Assembly: GCF_006345805.1 (NCBI RefSeq)
Contig: NC_043006.1
Span: 68,944,001 to 69,008,000, forward strand
Direction: 5' to 3'
Source: Octopus sinensis
Taxonomy: Eukaryota
DNA: 64,000 nucleotides
Part shown: positions 40,689-55,097 of the stretch, one piece after another
Layout: each line of letters begins with the position of its first letter
How positions within the stretch are numbered: position 1 is the stretch's first letter
The notes under the pieces: generated by a model
What the model was told of the DNA's origin: nothing
The model's database searches: none
What the model saw: the letters and a program-made list of their open reading frames with translations, nothing else
Made by a program: the position numbers and the translations under genes

Positions 40689-41307
40689 ATAATACAAGGA
40701 ATATTTAGCTTTTACTAAATTAAGTAGCCAACATAGGTTTGAATCAACTATAGAAACTAAATTGTATAAATGTCACGATAAATAATTTAAGCACGGCAAA
40801 AACAGACTTAAATTACTCTCAAGTGTCACTCCAGTCGATTATTTAGAATTGTACTGTGGATGTAGTTTAAGACTCTCAGAATCTTGTTAAAAGCTAAGGA
40901 CGATCAGGGATATCATCAAAACAAACTATACATGACCATATTGAAAAAAATTTAATTTTGAAGGGAAGCTACTCTATAAAATATTTTACAGTAGTGTCCC
41001 TTGAAAATTAACACTTCTATTTTTATATATATACGCAAGTGAAGAGAAAAAATGAGATTACTCAAATGAAATTACTCAAGCAATTAGACGAAGAAAATTC
41101 CCTCTAGAAGTGATTCAAAGCTAAAAGCAGAAATTTCATTCGAAGATGGTGGATGTGAATTTTATTTTGAGTCACAACGCATCATTAGAAAATGTGTTGT
41201 CCAGAGGAAAGGAAGGCAGCTATATGGAGAACTAATGAGAGATATTCTTCAGATATTACGAGGATGTTATATAGCTTTAGATTTACACCAGTAAATACTG
41301 AAGTACG

Positions 41308-41605
41308 TGAAGGCGCGTGGCTTAGGGATTGGGGCATTCGGCTCACGATAGCAAGGTCGTGAGTTCAACTCCCGGTAACACGTTGTGTCCTTGAGCAAGA
41401 TACTTTATTTCATGAGTGGTACCTGTAATTCAAAGAAGGGCCAGCCTTATCACATTCTGTGTCACGCGAAGTTCCCAGTGGACTACCTTAAAGGTACGAG
41501 TGTCTGTGGGGTACTCAGCCACTTGCACGTTAATTTCACGAGCAAGCTGTTCCGTTGATCGGATTAGCTGGAACCCTCGTCGTTGTAACCGACGGAGTGC
41601 CAGTA
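41308..41605 (+). mobile_element. tRNA-derived SINE family D
   Basis: gcgcgtggcttag...gagttcaactccc...gtgtccttgagcaaga; inverted homolog at 42362-42682. Diverged relatives lie at ~11280-11435 and 52490-52845. Confidence 0.78.
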
Positions 41606-41779
41606 CTTCCGTAACCATCAGCAGCAGTACCAAAATCGACAATCTGGGTTCACAAAAAATTTAAAGCACACTTCCTGTGACCTCTTCAACGAGAAGACGG
41701 CGTGGGATGGAGAGTCGCTGAAAGGACACTGTTCATTAGAAAATTACCATTACAAGTTCTAAATGGAAGTGCGATAGTT

Positions 41780-41987
41780 ACTCTTTTACTTGGTCAGTCA
41801 TTTGACTGCGGCTATGCTGGAGCACCGCCTTTAGTGGAGCAGATCGACCCCAGGACTTATTCTTTGTAAACCTAGTACATATTCTATCGGTCTCTTTTGC
41901 CGAACCGCTAAGTTACGGGGACGCAAACACCCCAGCATCGGTTATCAAGCGATGCTGGGGTGACAAACACAGACACAGACACACCCC

Positions 41988-42019
<32 letters not shown>

Positions 42020-42025
42020 TATATA

Positions 42026-42060
<35 letters not shown>

Positions 42061-42220
42061 CGACGGGCTTCTTTTAGTTTCCGTCTACCAAATCCACTCA
42101 CAAGGCTTTGGTCGGCCTGAGGCTATAGTAGAAGACACTTGCCCAAGGTGCCACGCAGTGGGATTGAACCCGGAACCATGTGGTTGATAAGCAAGCTACT
42201 TACTACACAGCCACTCCTTG
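41780..42220 (-). mobile_element. SINE family A
   Basis: Full-length reverse copy. Confidence 0.88.
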
Positions 42221-42361
42221 CCGTTTGCACATATACACATAGGCATAAAAGTATATGGATATCTACACATGTATAAAGCAGAAACATGTAGCTATGTATA
42301 CATATCCACACGTAGGCATGTATATCGATGAATATATTGTTTATACACTTTAAAAAAAAAA

Positions 42362-42682
42362 GACTCCGCCGGTTACGACGACGAGGGTCCCAGCTGATAC
42401 GATCAACGGAACAGCTTGCTCGTGAAATTAACGTGCAAATGGCTGAGCATTCCACAGACACGTGTACCCTTAACGTAGTTCTCGGGGATAATCAGCGTGA
42501 CACAGAGAGTGACAAGGCTGACCCTTTGAAATACAAGTACAACTCATTTTTGCCAGCTGAGTGGACTGGAGCAACGTGAAATAAAGTGTCTTGCACAAGG
42601 ACACAACGCGTCGCTGGAATCGAACTCACAACCTTACGATCATGAGTCGAATGCCCTAACCACTAAGCCACGCGCCCTCACG
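42362..42682 (-). mobile_element. tRNA-derived SINE family D
   Basis: Reverse complement of 41308-41605. Confidence 0.8.
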
Positions 42683-43001
42683 TTTATACACTTACACGCA
42701 CGTAGATAACGTACGTTGATATACGAACATGTGGATGAGTACATTTACACACTTGTTGGCATACAAATGTGTGGATATGTACGAGCGTGGCTGTGTGGTA
42801 AGACGCTTGGGTCCCAGCTACATGGTTCTGGGTTCAGCCCCACTGCACAACACCCTGGGCAAGTGTCTTCTACTCTAGCCCCTGACCGACCAAAGCCTTG
42901 AGAGTGGCTTTGGTTGACGGAAACTGAAAGGAGCTCGTTGTATACATACACAGATACCCACGCGCTCACACGCACGCACACACGCACACACACACACACA
43001 C

Positions 43002-43039
<38 letters not shown>

Positions 43040-43274
43040 CACACACACACACACACAAGTACTTACGGAGATGACTATTCATCTCTTTATATAAACACTT
43101 TGGATACGATGGAATTTTAGATGCATATCTAATGACAGGAGTATTTATACTGTACGATGACATTTGCTAGCTAATAACGGCGGACGGGCTTTGTATAACA
43201 TACGAAAACGTTTATACTCAAATTTTATTGAACTGTGTGTGTGTGTGAGTGTGTGTGTGTGTTCACGCGCCCGC

Positions 43275-43309
<35 letters not shown>

Positions 43310-43399
43310 TGTGTGGTGTGTGTGTGTGTGTGTGTGTTTGTGTGTACGTGCTTGTGTGTATGTGTGTTTTTGTTTGTCCCCACCACTGCTTGACAACCG

Positions 43400-45100
43400 G
43401 TGTTGCATTCGAGCCACGTCCGGAAGGTTCTCTGGCAGAGTGGGTAGGGAGCGGTAGTTGTAGTTAAGCATGTGATGGCGATGGTCTTTCTGGCCTGCCT
43501 GCGTTGCTCAGTTACTGCAATTCTATTGACATCAAAGGTTTGCATGCCCTGGTGGACAGCTGATCACCACTTGCTTCTGTTCTCAGCTATCTACTCCTAT
43601 GTGACGCACATTATACAGAATGCCTTCAGAAAAGCTTTCAACGTGTCTTTGAAGAACTTTTTTCTGTCTTTCCTGGATGCATTTGCCTTGTTGCCGTTCT
43701 CCATACAATAGTTTATTTGCAGATTTACAAATATGCAAATATACTTACACATCCAACTACTGTCCATCGCTAGCGATCTCGAATGACTGCTTGGAAAGTC
43801 TCTTGAATAACTACTGGAATAATCTCAGTTTATCGAAAGACAATTCTTTAAGGAATTATGGACGTGCATTAATTTATATTTTTCTCTATCTTTGTGCTGT
43901 CCATTTTGTGCAGGTGAGGCGACTAAATTTGAGAGTGCCGAGTCCACTTAGACAATCTTGCAGATGACTCCCAGCTAACAAACATCACTCAACATATGTA
44001 TCTATTTTTTTTTGTCATGCCTGCTGAAGCGGTCTTCCGCATTTGCTAATCCTGTTCACCAGAATAGGTCTCTCTTGAAGGGTAGTGATCTGGCAGAATC
44101 GTTAGCACGCCGGGCGAAATGCTTAACTCACGATTTGAGTTCAAATTCCGCTGAGGTCGATTTTGTCTTTTATCCATTTTGTGTCGATGAAAATGAGTAC
44201 CAGCTGTGTACTAGAGTCGGTGTAATCGAACTTACCCACTTCCCCGAAATTGCTGGTCTTGGGCCAAAGTATGAAACCGATATCTCATTGTTGGGCACCA
44301 TGTCTCTCTAGAGGATTTTCGTTACAGGAAACATGCTTATCCAGTCTTTCCATTCTACCGTTACCTCTTTCGATTCGTACATTTTATTCCTAGGTGTTTA
44401 AGATCGTGTTTTTAGGCCGTCCATGATTCTCTTTTAAGCTTACTTTGTCAACGTTTTCCAATAACCAGTTTGCTATACAAAAGCTCTTTTGAATGCTGGG
44501 CATTGTTTACCCACACAACACGCACAACCCAGTACATTTAACTGATAAGAATCTCTGATTCAACGAGAAGACACTCAGCTCTTTAGAGGACGTAGGTGTC
44601 TGATGTTAGGGTCAACCAGTTGAATTTAAATAAACATTTCAGATTAGTTTTAGTGAAATTTCTCAGTCACCTTCAGGTGTCGACTGTATGTTGTCCACAT
44701 CTTGGACGAATGCAGGAAGACCGTCAGAAAGGTAGTTTTAATTCGAATAGCGATACCCCGATCTGACCATACTAATTTATATTTAATTATATTTAATTTT
44801 CAAAGGCCTTTTGGATTTGTGAGCAAATTTCTGCATCCAGGATTCCATTTCTTACCAAGGTCTCAAGATACAGCAATGTACCCTCAATTTCTAATCTAAA
44901 CCTCAGTTACATAGTTGTTTGGTTCACTGTAGGACTTGCCCTGGGCAGGTGTGAACATTACCTTTGTCTTATTCAAAGGTTTTTGTGAAATCCAATGCAA
45001 CCATTGTAGTCAAGAATAACCACTTTTTGAGGTATAGGAAGTTTCCGGTTTGAGCGAAAAACCATCAACATCTGCACAAAATACAGGTATATCTTAGCTT
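43400..45100 (-). pseudogene. RTE-clade LINE 3' region, decayed and interrupted by SINE B
   Basis: Minus-strand peptides LNKTKVMFTPAQGKSYSEP, ILDAEICSQIQKAF, GRQKKFFKDTLKAFLKAF and EQRRQARK...PLCQRTFR. Confidence 0.75.
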
Positions 45101-46477
45101 ACGTTGTTAATTGATTCCAAAATTAGTAACTACAATCGTAAAACGAAGTAACACGAAAAGACATTTTAAAAACTTGATTGGTTTACATATATTTTAATAA
45201 ATGTTTTCTACATATTTTCCACATGTACTTTATTTGATTTTCCACAAAAGGATGGATTTTTAGGTACATTTTAAAGCTTATGGCTTTGAATATGTTTGCT
45301 GAGACCGACGTTAAATTGAATAAATCTACTGAATTTGAAGATCACCTTTATTTTCCATTAATTTCTTTAAAAAACTAAACGATGTAATGTCGAAAATGAC
45401 GTAAGTCGAAGCGACATATGTTGAGGTATTCCTATAGTTGTCGAATAAGTTTCAAATGCTTAGGACTTATTAAAGTTGTTTTCTTTTCTGAAACAAAGAT
45501 CTCTCCCATAATTTAAAACCTGAGCTGGATACCAATGTCACATCCCTGAAAAGCAGTAAGCCATAGTGAGAATGGATTGGCAGCTGGGACACGACATCAC
45601 TCTTTAACTCAATTGATTACACCTATTTCTTTACTAACCACAAGGGGCTAAACACAGAGGGAACAAAAAAGGACAGACAAACCGATTTAGTCGATTACAT
45701 CGACCCCAGTGCGTAACTGGTACTTAATTTATCGACCCCGAAAGGATGAACAACAAAGTCGATCTCGGCGGAATTTGAACTCAGAACGTAACGGCAGACG
45801 AAATGCTAACGTTTCTGCCAGCTCGCCGCCTTTCAATTGATTATACCAATATCATCAAAGAGTTACCCGTGGAAAGTCTCTTCATTCCTTATGACGACTA
45901 AAATTCAGAATACAATTCATTGGAATTGTATGTAAGTGGTTGAGTATTCCTCAGTCAAGTATTCTCTTAGTATAATCCTTTGGTAAAATCAACGGAGCAC
46001 GAAGTGATGAGGCTGTAACTTTAAATCACAGCTACAAGCCATCCAGGGGCTTCATCATAGTTTCCAGCAGCACAATATCAGGTTTTAAATTTTTGTATGA
46101 ACCCGAGGCTGTGCTAAAAGACAGAGTGACATCGAACCTGAGACTTGTTGATTGCGAAGCGAGCGTTTTTAACTATAGGGCCATACTGACTCCAAAACAT
46201 GCATAGATACGTTTACATATATCCACGCTTAAAGACATACATACATACATACATACATACATACATACATACATACATACATACATACATACATGCTTGC
46301 ATGCATGCATACGTGTATGCATACATACATACTTACATGAAACTACCCGTTGATATTGTCTAAATTCCAATGAAAGATCCTTGTTTCTGGGTTATAAATC
46401 GGCCCCTTTCTTCGTTGGTGATAAATGCGAAATAAAGCAAGAACAACAATACATACATGCATATAGGTATACACACA

Positions 46478-46558
<81 letters not shown>

Positions 46559-46642
46559 TATGCATATATACCACACACGCATATGTACATACATATATAT
46601 ATATATATACATACACACATAGATACATAGATACATACATAC

Positions 46643-46694
<52 letters not shown>

Positions 46695-47153
46695 ATATAT
46701 ATGTATATATGTACGTATGCATAGGTATATATAGGTGTGTGTATGAGGCGATGCATGTATTAGTTGTGTCGAAATGTCTAAATGGATGTGTGGCGGTGGT
46801 GGTAGTGGTGGGTTTGTGCAATGAGGTCGGGTTGGGTTGGGGTCTTGTGTAATGAGTTGATGTGTGTGTGCGTGCATGTGTGTGTGTGTGCGTTGCATGT
46901 GTGTGTGTGTGCGTTTGTGGTTAATCCCTGGCAGTGACTCGGTTAGTATAGAGGTCGCCACTAGTTGTTGACATAATGAGATAAGTATAGGAATATATAG
47001 TTGTTTTATCTTATCTTTGTTATCTTTATCTCTATATTTATTTATCATTTCTATGTCTGTGTGTCGCCATCTCTCTTCAGGGTTGTACTATATACATACA
47101 TACATATATATATATACATTTACATTTGTATATATATATATATTTATATATAT

Positions 47154-47194
<41 letters not shown>

Positions 47195-47451
47195 TGCGTA
47201 TGTATCTACGCATGTGTGCGTGCGCACACGCACAGAGAGAGAAAGAAAGAGAGAGAGAAAGAGAAAGAGAGAGAAAGAAAAAGAGAAAGAGAGAAAGGGA
47301 AAGTGAGAGAAGAAGAAGAAGAAGAAGAAGACGACGATGATGATGATAATGATGATGTCAGCGAGAGACGCAAGGTGGGGTTAGAGATGTGTCAAACATT
47401 TGTTTGACAACAGGTGGGAAGTGAATGATGTATAATGACCACCAATGTGAG

Positions 47452-47492
<41 letters not shown>

Positions 47493-47669
47493 ACACACAC
47501 ACACACACACCACACTCTCTCTCTCTCTCTCACACACAAACTATCATAAGACTAAATATTTCGAATTTACAACGAGAATATTTGTTTTTGCGTAAAGCGT
47601 TCAGCAGAGATCTCAATAAATCTATGGTATAAAAAAAAAAGTTAAGTTTAGATCAAAAACACAATGACA

Positions 47670-48345
47670 TATAATTACAGAAAATGGTTCTGTATCTTCA
47701 GAGCCCAGAATGGTAAATGAAATACTTAAAGAGAAATTCAGAACTATTTTCACATCCTCTCTGGGATGCATGCAAGTGAGCAAAGCAGATGAGCTTTTAA
47801 CCGAACACAGGACGGTGGGAACTCTCGAGTATATCAACATAGAATAAGGTGTGATACTGGCCAAAGATGAAATAATATTAACTGGCCTTAATGGATTCCC
47901 AGCAAACCTTCTAAAAACGTACAAATGTGCCCAAGCAAAACCAGTACCGTATCTCTTCCAGGGTCTCCTTGCATGTGGCAAACTTCCAGGCAAGTTAAAG
48001 GCAGGTATAATACGTCCCAAGAGCAGATGTTAAAAACGATAGTACTATCTCTCTGATCTCACAGAAAAGTCATGGAACGAATTGTTAGACGGAAACTAAC
48101 CACGTTCTTTGAAGAAAACGATTTGCTGTCTCACACCCAACATGGTTTTCAACCAGAAACAAGCAGCCTGACACAGATCCTATAACACTACAACTGAGCT
48201 GTCCATTTTCTGCAACCATTCAAATATGGATGTGATATATCTCAGTTTTGCGAGTCTTCGGTAGAGTCGATCATGGAATGATATGTCACGAATCGCGCAA
48301 TATCAGTATAGTCGGAAAACAGGAAAAATGGTTACAACGTTTTAA
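47670..48345 (+). pseudogene. CR1-like LINE reverse transcriptase fragment
   Basis: TGLNGFPANLLK...LFQGLLACGKLPGKLKAGIIRP, KVMERIVRRKLT..EENDLL..QHGF, and a decayed YLDF.K.FD.VDH motif. Confidence 0.8.
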
Positions 48346-48347
48346 AT

Positions 48348-48678
48348 GAGAGGTTCTCAACCATTTTAAAAAAATTATCTATGGACCCCTTTGATTATTA
48401 TTTCATTCTGGCGAACCCACCATAGCCATTCGATGTATAAAACTAGTTTTATAGAAAATCCCTTCACACATTCACTTGTATAGGTTGAACTATGTAAAAT
48501 GTTAGGATAAAAACCTGTTTCTTGCAATACATACCAATATAACCATCTAAAGTAAATTTTTCCAGGGGCCCTTAAAAATACTATTGTGGATCCCCAATTT
48601 ACTATTTTGTTATGTGGGCCCCAACAAAATCTTATATGGACCCTCAGTGGGTATATGAACTCTGGGTAAGAACCCTTG
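48348..48678. mobile_element. hAT-type MITE
   Basis: Imperfect TIRs gagaggttctcaacc / ggtaagaacccttg; 8-bp TSD ttttaaat at 48340-48347 and 48679-48686. A shorter relative lies at ~32797-32967 in the opposite orientation. Confidence 0.75.
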
Positions 48679-48689
48679 TTTTAAATGAT

Positions 48690-49130
48690 ACAGGATGTTT
48701 GGGCTATATTTGATTATTTTATAAGTCTCCTTTTTTTTCAGGAATAGCTGGATGCATTGGTAAACAGTAAACGGTGTTGGAAAGCATAAAGATTAGAGTT
48801 GTAGTTGAGAATAAGTTAGCTGACATGGAGGAGTGGAAGCCATCCGAATATCGGGAAAGAGTTACTTGTATCATAATGATTCGAGGCGCTTATCAAAATG
48901 CCGACATCATGACTGTTGCTCAATGCTCTGTGAACACTGTAAAGGCTACACGACGTGATATGGACAGCTGCAATGGAGATTACGAAGCCGTGGCCAGCAC
49001 AAAGGGATACAGCAAGCGTTCTGACTGCGTCTACATGTCGGGAGTCTTCCTCAATTCTTTGAACTGGACCTTAGGCTCAATTAGACAGTTATATGAAGCT
49101 GTGTGAGATTACGGTCAAAACGTAGCTGTA
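48690..49130 (+). pseudogene. Tc1/mariner-type transposase N-terminal fragment
   Basis: MEEWKPSEYRERVTCIIMIRGAYQNADIMTVAQCSVNTVKATRR is an HTH-like N-terminus. Confidence 0.45.
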
Positions 49131-49199
49131 GAGGGTTGTTGCTGGAAGACCAGATATGTAGTAGCCGGATTCGGTTCCTTACCATATAATTTGTTCTTC

Positions 49200-50500
49200 C
49201 TTAGGAGCTTCGTCTATTGTTAATTCTTCAAAACCTTCTCTGCCAATCTGATGTGACAAAGTGATGGCATCAGAAAGTAATTCGTTCGTATTTATACTAG
49301 GTACGAGAGATTTTTAGGCTTTACACATTCTGGCCAAAATTATCTCCAGCATACATTTAGAGTGGATAGCTCTAATTTGGATAAAACCAGGGCACCATGC
49401 TTGAATGATTGAAAGTGTATCATCTTTTTCTACTTCTTCTATAATATATTCCAATGTTCGCTGGATATAATATGATTTGAATTTTGAAATTATACCCTGA
49501 TCAAGCGGTTGAATCATCGATGTTGTATTTAGGTGGCAAGAATACGACTTTTACATTCGGGTGTTCCAAATCTGGATGACCGGGTGCATTGTCTATAAGT
49601 AAAAGGACTTTAAACTCAAGACCTTTATCTTCCATATATCTTCTTACTTCAGGAACGAAGCAGTTGTTAAACCATTCAGTAAATACTTCTGCTGTCATCC
49701 ATGATTTTTTATTGGCTCTTCAATGAACTGGTAATCTACTTAAGTCTACGCCTTTCATTGCATGCGGACGAACTGATCGATTAATTAATAACGGTTTTAA
49801 CAAACAACCATCTGAAGCGTTGCTACATAACAAAAAAGTTATATGGTCTTTAGCTGCCTTAAAACCACTGGCACTTTTCTCTGATTTCGCTATATATGTT
49901 CTGTTTGGCATTTTTTTCCCCAAGAGACCAGTTTCATCTGTGTTGAAAACTTGGTCTGAAATGTAACCGCCTTCTTCAGTTATTTTGACTAGCTTTGGAA
50001 GAAATTTCCAGCGGCAGTCTTATCTACCGATGAAATTTCGCCTCTCATTTTTATATTATGTAGTGCGTGTCTTTCGAGCAATTTTGTAAGCCACCCTCTA
50101 CTTTTAGCAAATTCATTCTTCTTTTTATCATGAGACAGATGTAACGCACTTGATGACTCCAGATCATTAATCTTCTCATAAAATCGTAATGCCATCTGTT
50201 TTATGGTTCTACCATCTAATGGTAACCTTTTTATTGTTTTCTTCTATCCATATTATTAAAGTTTTCTCTATTTTCTCTTGAATCATGTCTCTTGTATATG
50301 ACGACGACTTGGTAGATAATTTTGTTCCAGAAGCTACAGATCTTCTAATGGCAGCATTATTCCTTTTGATTGTTCTTATTGTAGCTTTGTTCGAGCAGAA
50401 AGCGCTACCCAAGGGTGCTGCACTTTCGCCCTCACGAAGACGATTTAAAATATATATCTTGGTCTCCAAAGAAATTGATGCTCTTTTATTTTCTTAGATG
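49200..50500 (-). pseudogene. Tigger/pogo (CENP-B-like HTH plus DDE_1) transposase pseudogene
   Basis: Frameshifted ORFs: ETKIYILNRLREGE..ATIRTIK, FAKSRGWL, KMPNRTYI..GFKAAKD, FTEWFNNCFVPEV..LLLIDNAPGHP and IQPLDQGIISKFKSYY. Confidence 0.93.
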
Positions 50501-51034
50501 TATCAATCGACATTTTGGGTGTAGGTCATCACTATAATGATAGCAAATAAAAAATATTGCAGAGGATGAAACATGCGACACGTCTTTCGTATTAGACCCG
50601 ATGCTAATGACTGCCACCGCGAGCCGTCTGATGGAACGGTAAAACGCAGCCAGAGGTATGTACAGTGCATAGGTCCCGCCCAGACCGGAAAGTGGGGGGT
50701 CACTATATGGGAAAAACAGATTGGATTGTATTTTACTTGGCTAAATTGTTGCTTAATCATGTTATGTAGAGTGTCGGCGTTTTTGTAAATTATAATTGAT
50801 TGATGTTACTAAAATTGTTTATTTGCTACTTGCAATAAATTCGGTGGTCACACAGGGACAGATGTTTAAACTGTGTAAAAATAAAAAAATAAAAAAGTGC
50901 AAAAAATAATCGGTTCTTTTTGTTGGACAGTGTTATTTCAAAACCGTGCAAAAAGAGAATTGAGTGTAATTCAAAATGTCGCTCAAATTTAATTCAAACT
51001 TGTATTTATAAGTGCGTGTATATAATCGTAAATA

Positions 51035-51435
51035 CATTCTTTTCTACTCTAGGAACAAGGCTCTAAATTTTTGGGGAGGGGGTCAGTCGATTAGATCGAT
51101 CCCAGTACACAACTGGTACTTAATTTATCGGCAACGAAAGGATGAAAGGCAAAGTCGACCTCGGCGGAATTTGAACTCAGAACGTAAAGACAGACGAAAT
51201 AGCTATTTCTTTACTGCCCACAAAGGGCTAAACACAGAGAGGACAAACAAGGACATACAAACGGATTAAGTCGATTATATCGACCGCAGTGCGTAACTGG
51301 TACTTAATTTATCGGCCCCGAAAGGATGAAAGGCAAAGTCGACCTCGGCGGAATTTGAACTCAGAACGTAACGGCAGACGAAATACGGCTACGCATTTCG
51401 CCCGGCGTGCTAACGATTCTGCCAGCTCGTCGCCT
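51035..51435 (-). mobile_element. SINE family B (dimeric)
   Basis: Two internal copies of the core, same consensus. Confidence 0.85.
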
Positions 51436-51640
51436 TATAATCGTAAATATATTACTATAGATATCATTATGCGTAGAAATAATGAAACCCCCAACACCGA
51501 CTCACACACAGACATATAGATAGATAGACAGACAGGCGACAGAGATAGAGAGATAGAGTGTGAATGTGCGTGTGTGTATTGTATGTGTGATAGACACAAA
51601 CACTGAGTTACACAGCGACATACATACATAACACACACAT

Positions 51641-51691
<51 letters not shown>

Positions 51692-53169
51692 TAAATATTT
51701 GGGTATATATATATATATATGTAGATGTATACATCCACACACACAGACATACAATCAGACAGAGGGACAAACAGACAGACAGAGAGACACAATGATAGAT
51801 TTCTAGTCTTAATCCTTTAATACAGTGCCTAATCCCATTCTGATATATCGCTAGCCACATTATTCAATATCTGCGTCGGCCCATGATCAACTCTACATTG
51901 TTTCCAAGATGTCTTCCATGTCAACATGTGTCTTGGCACTGAAAGGTCAAGGTTTACCAAATGTTTAGGGGTGGGATGGGGGACGTGGAGTGGAAAGTTA
52001 GGAGAGCGGTGGCGGTTGGATACTGAGGTTGGCACAATAAATTGTAAAGTAGGATTTTATCACACGTTAAGTAGTTGACCGAGAAATTTTGATAAATTAG
52101 ATTACAACCTACGCGATGAAAACAATCCATCCATCCAACCACCCGTCCGTCCGTCTGTCCATCCACGACAATACCACAATGATAATGACGACGACGACGC
52201 TGATGCTCGACTAAAGGCGGTGCTCCAGCATGCCCGCAGTCAAATGACTGAAACAAGTAAAAGAGTATATGTTCACAGTACTGGGGCTGTGACCTCTCAA
52301 TGCGGAGAAAAAGCGGTTTGACTTGGAGAGACTCCCTGTGATTCGAGCTACAGCTACAACAGCCACAACTACAATCACCACCATCGTACTTTCCCATCAC
52401 TGCAAACACCACTATCACTACTGACGCCACAACACTCCCTACCATTATCATTTTGCCGTTACTCTGTTGCTACTTCTGCCAAACAACTTTAGTAATTTCA
52501 GCACAGGGTAAAGACCCTCCCACTTCGGTCATGAATGACCATGGGATTGCACCTAGAAAGTTCCTCTCCGAGGCACAAATCTGGGCAAGGTTGTTTGTGG
52601 AAGACAAACAGTCACCCATGCATACCAGCCTCTCCTCTTTACGCCGCCGATGTTATCCAACGGAGAGGCAAAGGCCGATACAGCTTAGAACCAGTGACGT
52701 CGCAACTCATTTCTACATCGGAGTGAACTCGAGCCAAAGTGAGATAAAATGCCTTGCTCAAAAAGACAACACACAGCCTGGTCTGGGAATCGAACTCACT
52801 ACCTCATGATTGTAAGCCAGACGCCCTAGCTACTGAGCCATGCATCATCAACCCCAGTACTTGACTGATATTTATTTCATCAATCCCTCGGTGGAATTTG
52901 GATTCAGAACGTAAAGAACCAAAAATGTCGCTAGGCATTTTGTTCGACTCGCTAATGACTCTACCAGATTGATGTCTTTAATAATCTTCTCTACTATAAG
53001 TACAAGGCCTGGTACTTATTTTATCGCGCCTGAAATACTGAAAGGCAAAGTCAACCTCGGTGGTATTAGAATACAAACTATAAAGCCGGAAGAAATGTCG
53101 CTAAGCATTTTATCCGGGGTGCTAACGATTTTACTAGTTCGCTGCCATTTATAATAATAATCCTTTATA

Positions 53170-53500
53170 TTTCGTTTCTGGATTTGGTTTGCAAGATTCT
53201 TTATGTGAGTTCGTGTGTTGAAGCATTTTCTGTTGTGTCTGGGGAGAGTCATTTTCTTTTTGTGCCTCATAGTTTAACACACTCACCGGTAAAATTTTCA
53301 GATATTTCTTATTTTTATTTTCCTAAACTTTCGTTGCAACCTTTTCAATGGTCTTGACTCTCAAGACTATTGAAAAGGTTGCAAGACGCAATGAAAATTT
53401 TAGGAAAATAAAAATAAGAAATAAGTGGAAATTTTTTACAGGTGAGTGTTTTATATTATAAGGCACAAAAAGAAAATGACTCTCCCCAGACACAACAGAA
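53170..53500. mobile_element. palindromic MITE-like element (arms 53228-53357 and 53361-53500)
   Basis: ttctgttgtgtctggggagagtcattttctttttgtgcct ... aggcacaaaaagaaaatgactctccccagacacaacagaa, centre gtcttga-ctc-tcaagac. A one-armed homolog lies at ~39830-39980. Confidence 0.82.
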
Positions 53501-55066
53501 TCCTTTATAATTTTGGCATAAAGCCGGCACTTTTGAAGGGAGATGGAAGTCGATGACGTCGATCCCAGACCTTCAATGGTAATTATTTTATCGACCCTTA
53601 AAGGATTAAAGACAAAGTCGACCTCGTTGGTATTTGAACTCAGAACGTAAAGACGGACGAAGCTAAGTACTTTGCCCAGCGTACTAATGATTCTGCCAGC
53701 TCGCCGCCTTTTGTGAGTTGAAAATATCGTGATATTTGTGTGAAAGACTTTAAGTGACCGACATACTGGAAGGAGAAAGGTGGAGAGGGAGGAGGAACGA
53801 TGGTAGAGGATGGGAAAAAGAAGGGGAGCTGAAGAGTGGGACGAGGAAGGAGAGTTGTGAATAACAGTCTTTTAGCGGAGCAGAAGTTTATAATTAAGAG
53901 GTAGATGAAACAAAGAGATGCAGTAAAACCATTATTCTTGTGTTGATAAGACATTAAGTGAATATCAGAAAGAGCAGAGACAATTGTAGCTGCGGTAGAC
54001 ATGAGATGACACAAATGATCACCGGGTCAAATATTGATAAAATGTCAGCACACTATAGCTATATGAATACCAACAGAATGCATCTTCGTTATGTCTCTTC
54101 TACAATAATTAAACAGATCGTACACTTCTTAACTTTATTGCTCTTGATAAAAATTGACCTTTTACTAACACATTCAAAAAGATAGAGAGGGTTCTTTTTT
54201 TCTCTCTCTCTCTCTTTCTTTCTTTTCCTAAGCATCGTGGAGCTTAGGTGTTTTTGCTCAATAAACACTCACAATGCCCAGTCTTGGAATCGAAACCGCG
54301 TTCTTACGACCGCGAGTCCGCTGCCCTAACCGCTGGGCCATTGCGCCTCCACTCCTGCTGTAGCAATCATTGGAACGGTGAATCTAGATGCAGATAAATG
54401 GCGTGTAAATATCAGATTAAAAAGAAAAAAACCTTAGGACAGAAAAAATTGCCGGTGGGAATCGAATCCACATCACCTGGTAATCATAACAGGCGTTCTA
54501 CCATTTCGAAGTTTCCTTCCAGCGGGTTTTTTAACCTTATGTCTATATGCTGCCAAAGGCAACGTGCTGGCAGAATCGTTAACACCTCGGCAGAAATGCC
54601 TAGCTGCATTTCATTCTTCTCTCCGTTCTGAGTTCAAATTCTGCCGAGGTCGAATTTGCTTTTCATTATTTTGGGATCGATAAAATACGTACCATTTGAG
54701 CATTGGGGTTCAATGTAATCGATTTAATCGCTACCGTAAAATTGCTGGCCTTGTGCTAAAATTTTAAGCCAATATTTACAGGCTATTAGTTAAAGCTTTA
54801 TCTGCTTCGGGATCCATCGTATCAGAAAAGAATTATTTCCCGTTCTCTTGAACTTTATAAATTCTTATGGTGTCAACAATATAATTATAGAAATGATTTT
54901 CTTTTCCAATCAGCTACGTAAAAATTCAATGTGAAATTATAGAATAAAAGTTCAACTTTATCTAAAGTTCAATTATCTATATTGCTTTTTGTATTATCAT
55001 CTGTAAATGCATGTTTCAACACTTTTTGGGATTCATTAGTGCAGCATTTGGGCAATTATATTTATA

Positions 55067-55097
55067 CTAGAACGTTACCCGGCACGATATGGGTAAC
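55067..55097 (-). mobile_element. Helitron-like 3' terminus
   Basis: Minus strand: hairpin gttaccc-atatcgtgcc-gggtaac followed by gttCTAG|T. Confidence 0.4.

Noticed and set aside
44645-44685. Possible hammerhead (minus strand CTGAAGG...AAAAC)
   Set aside because: Both conserved boxes are mutated and there is no stem I or III; it lies within a decayed RTE.
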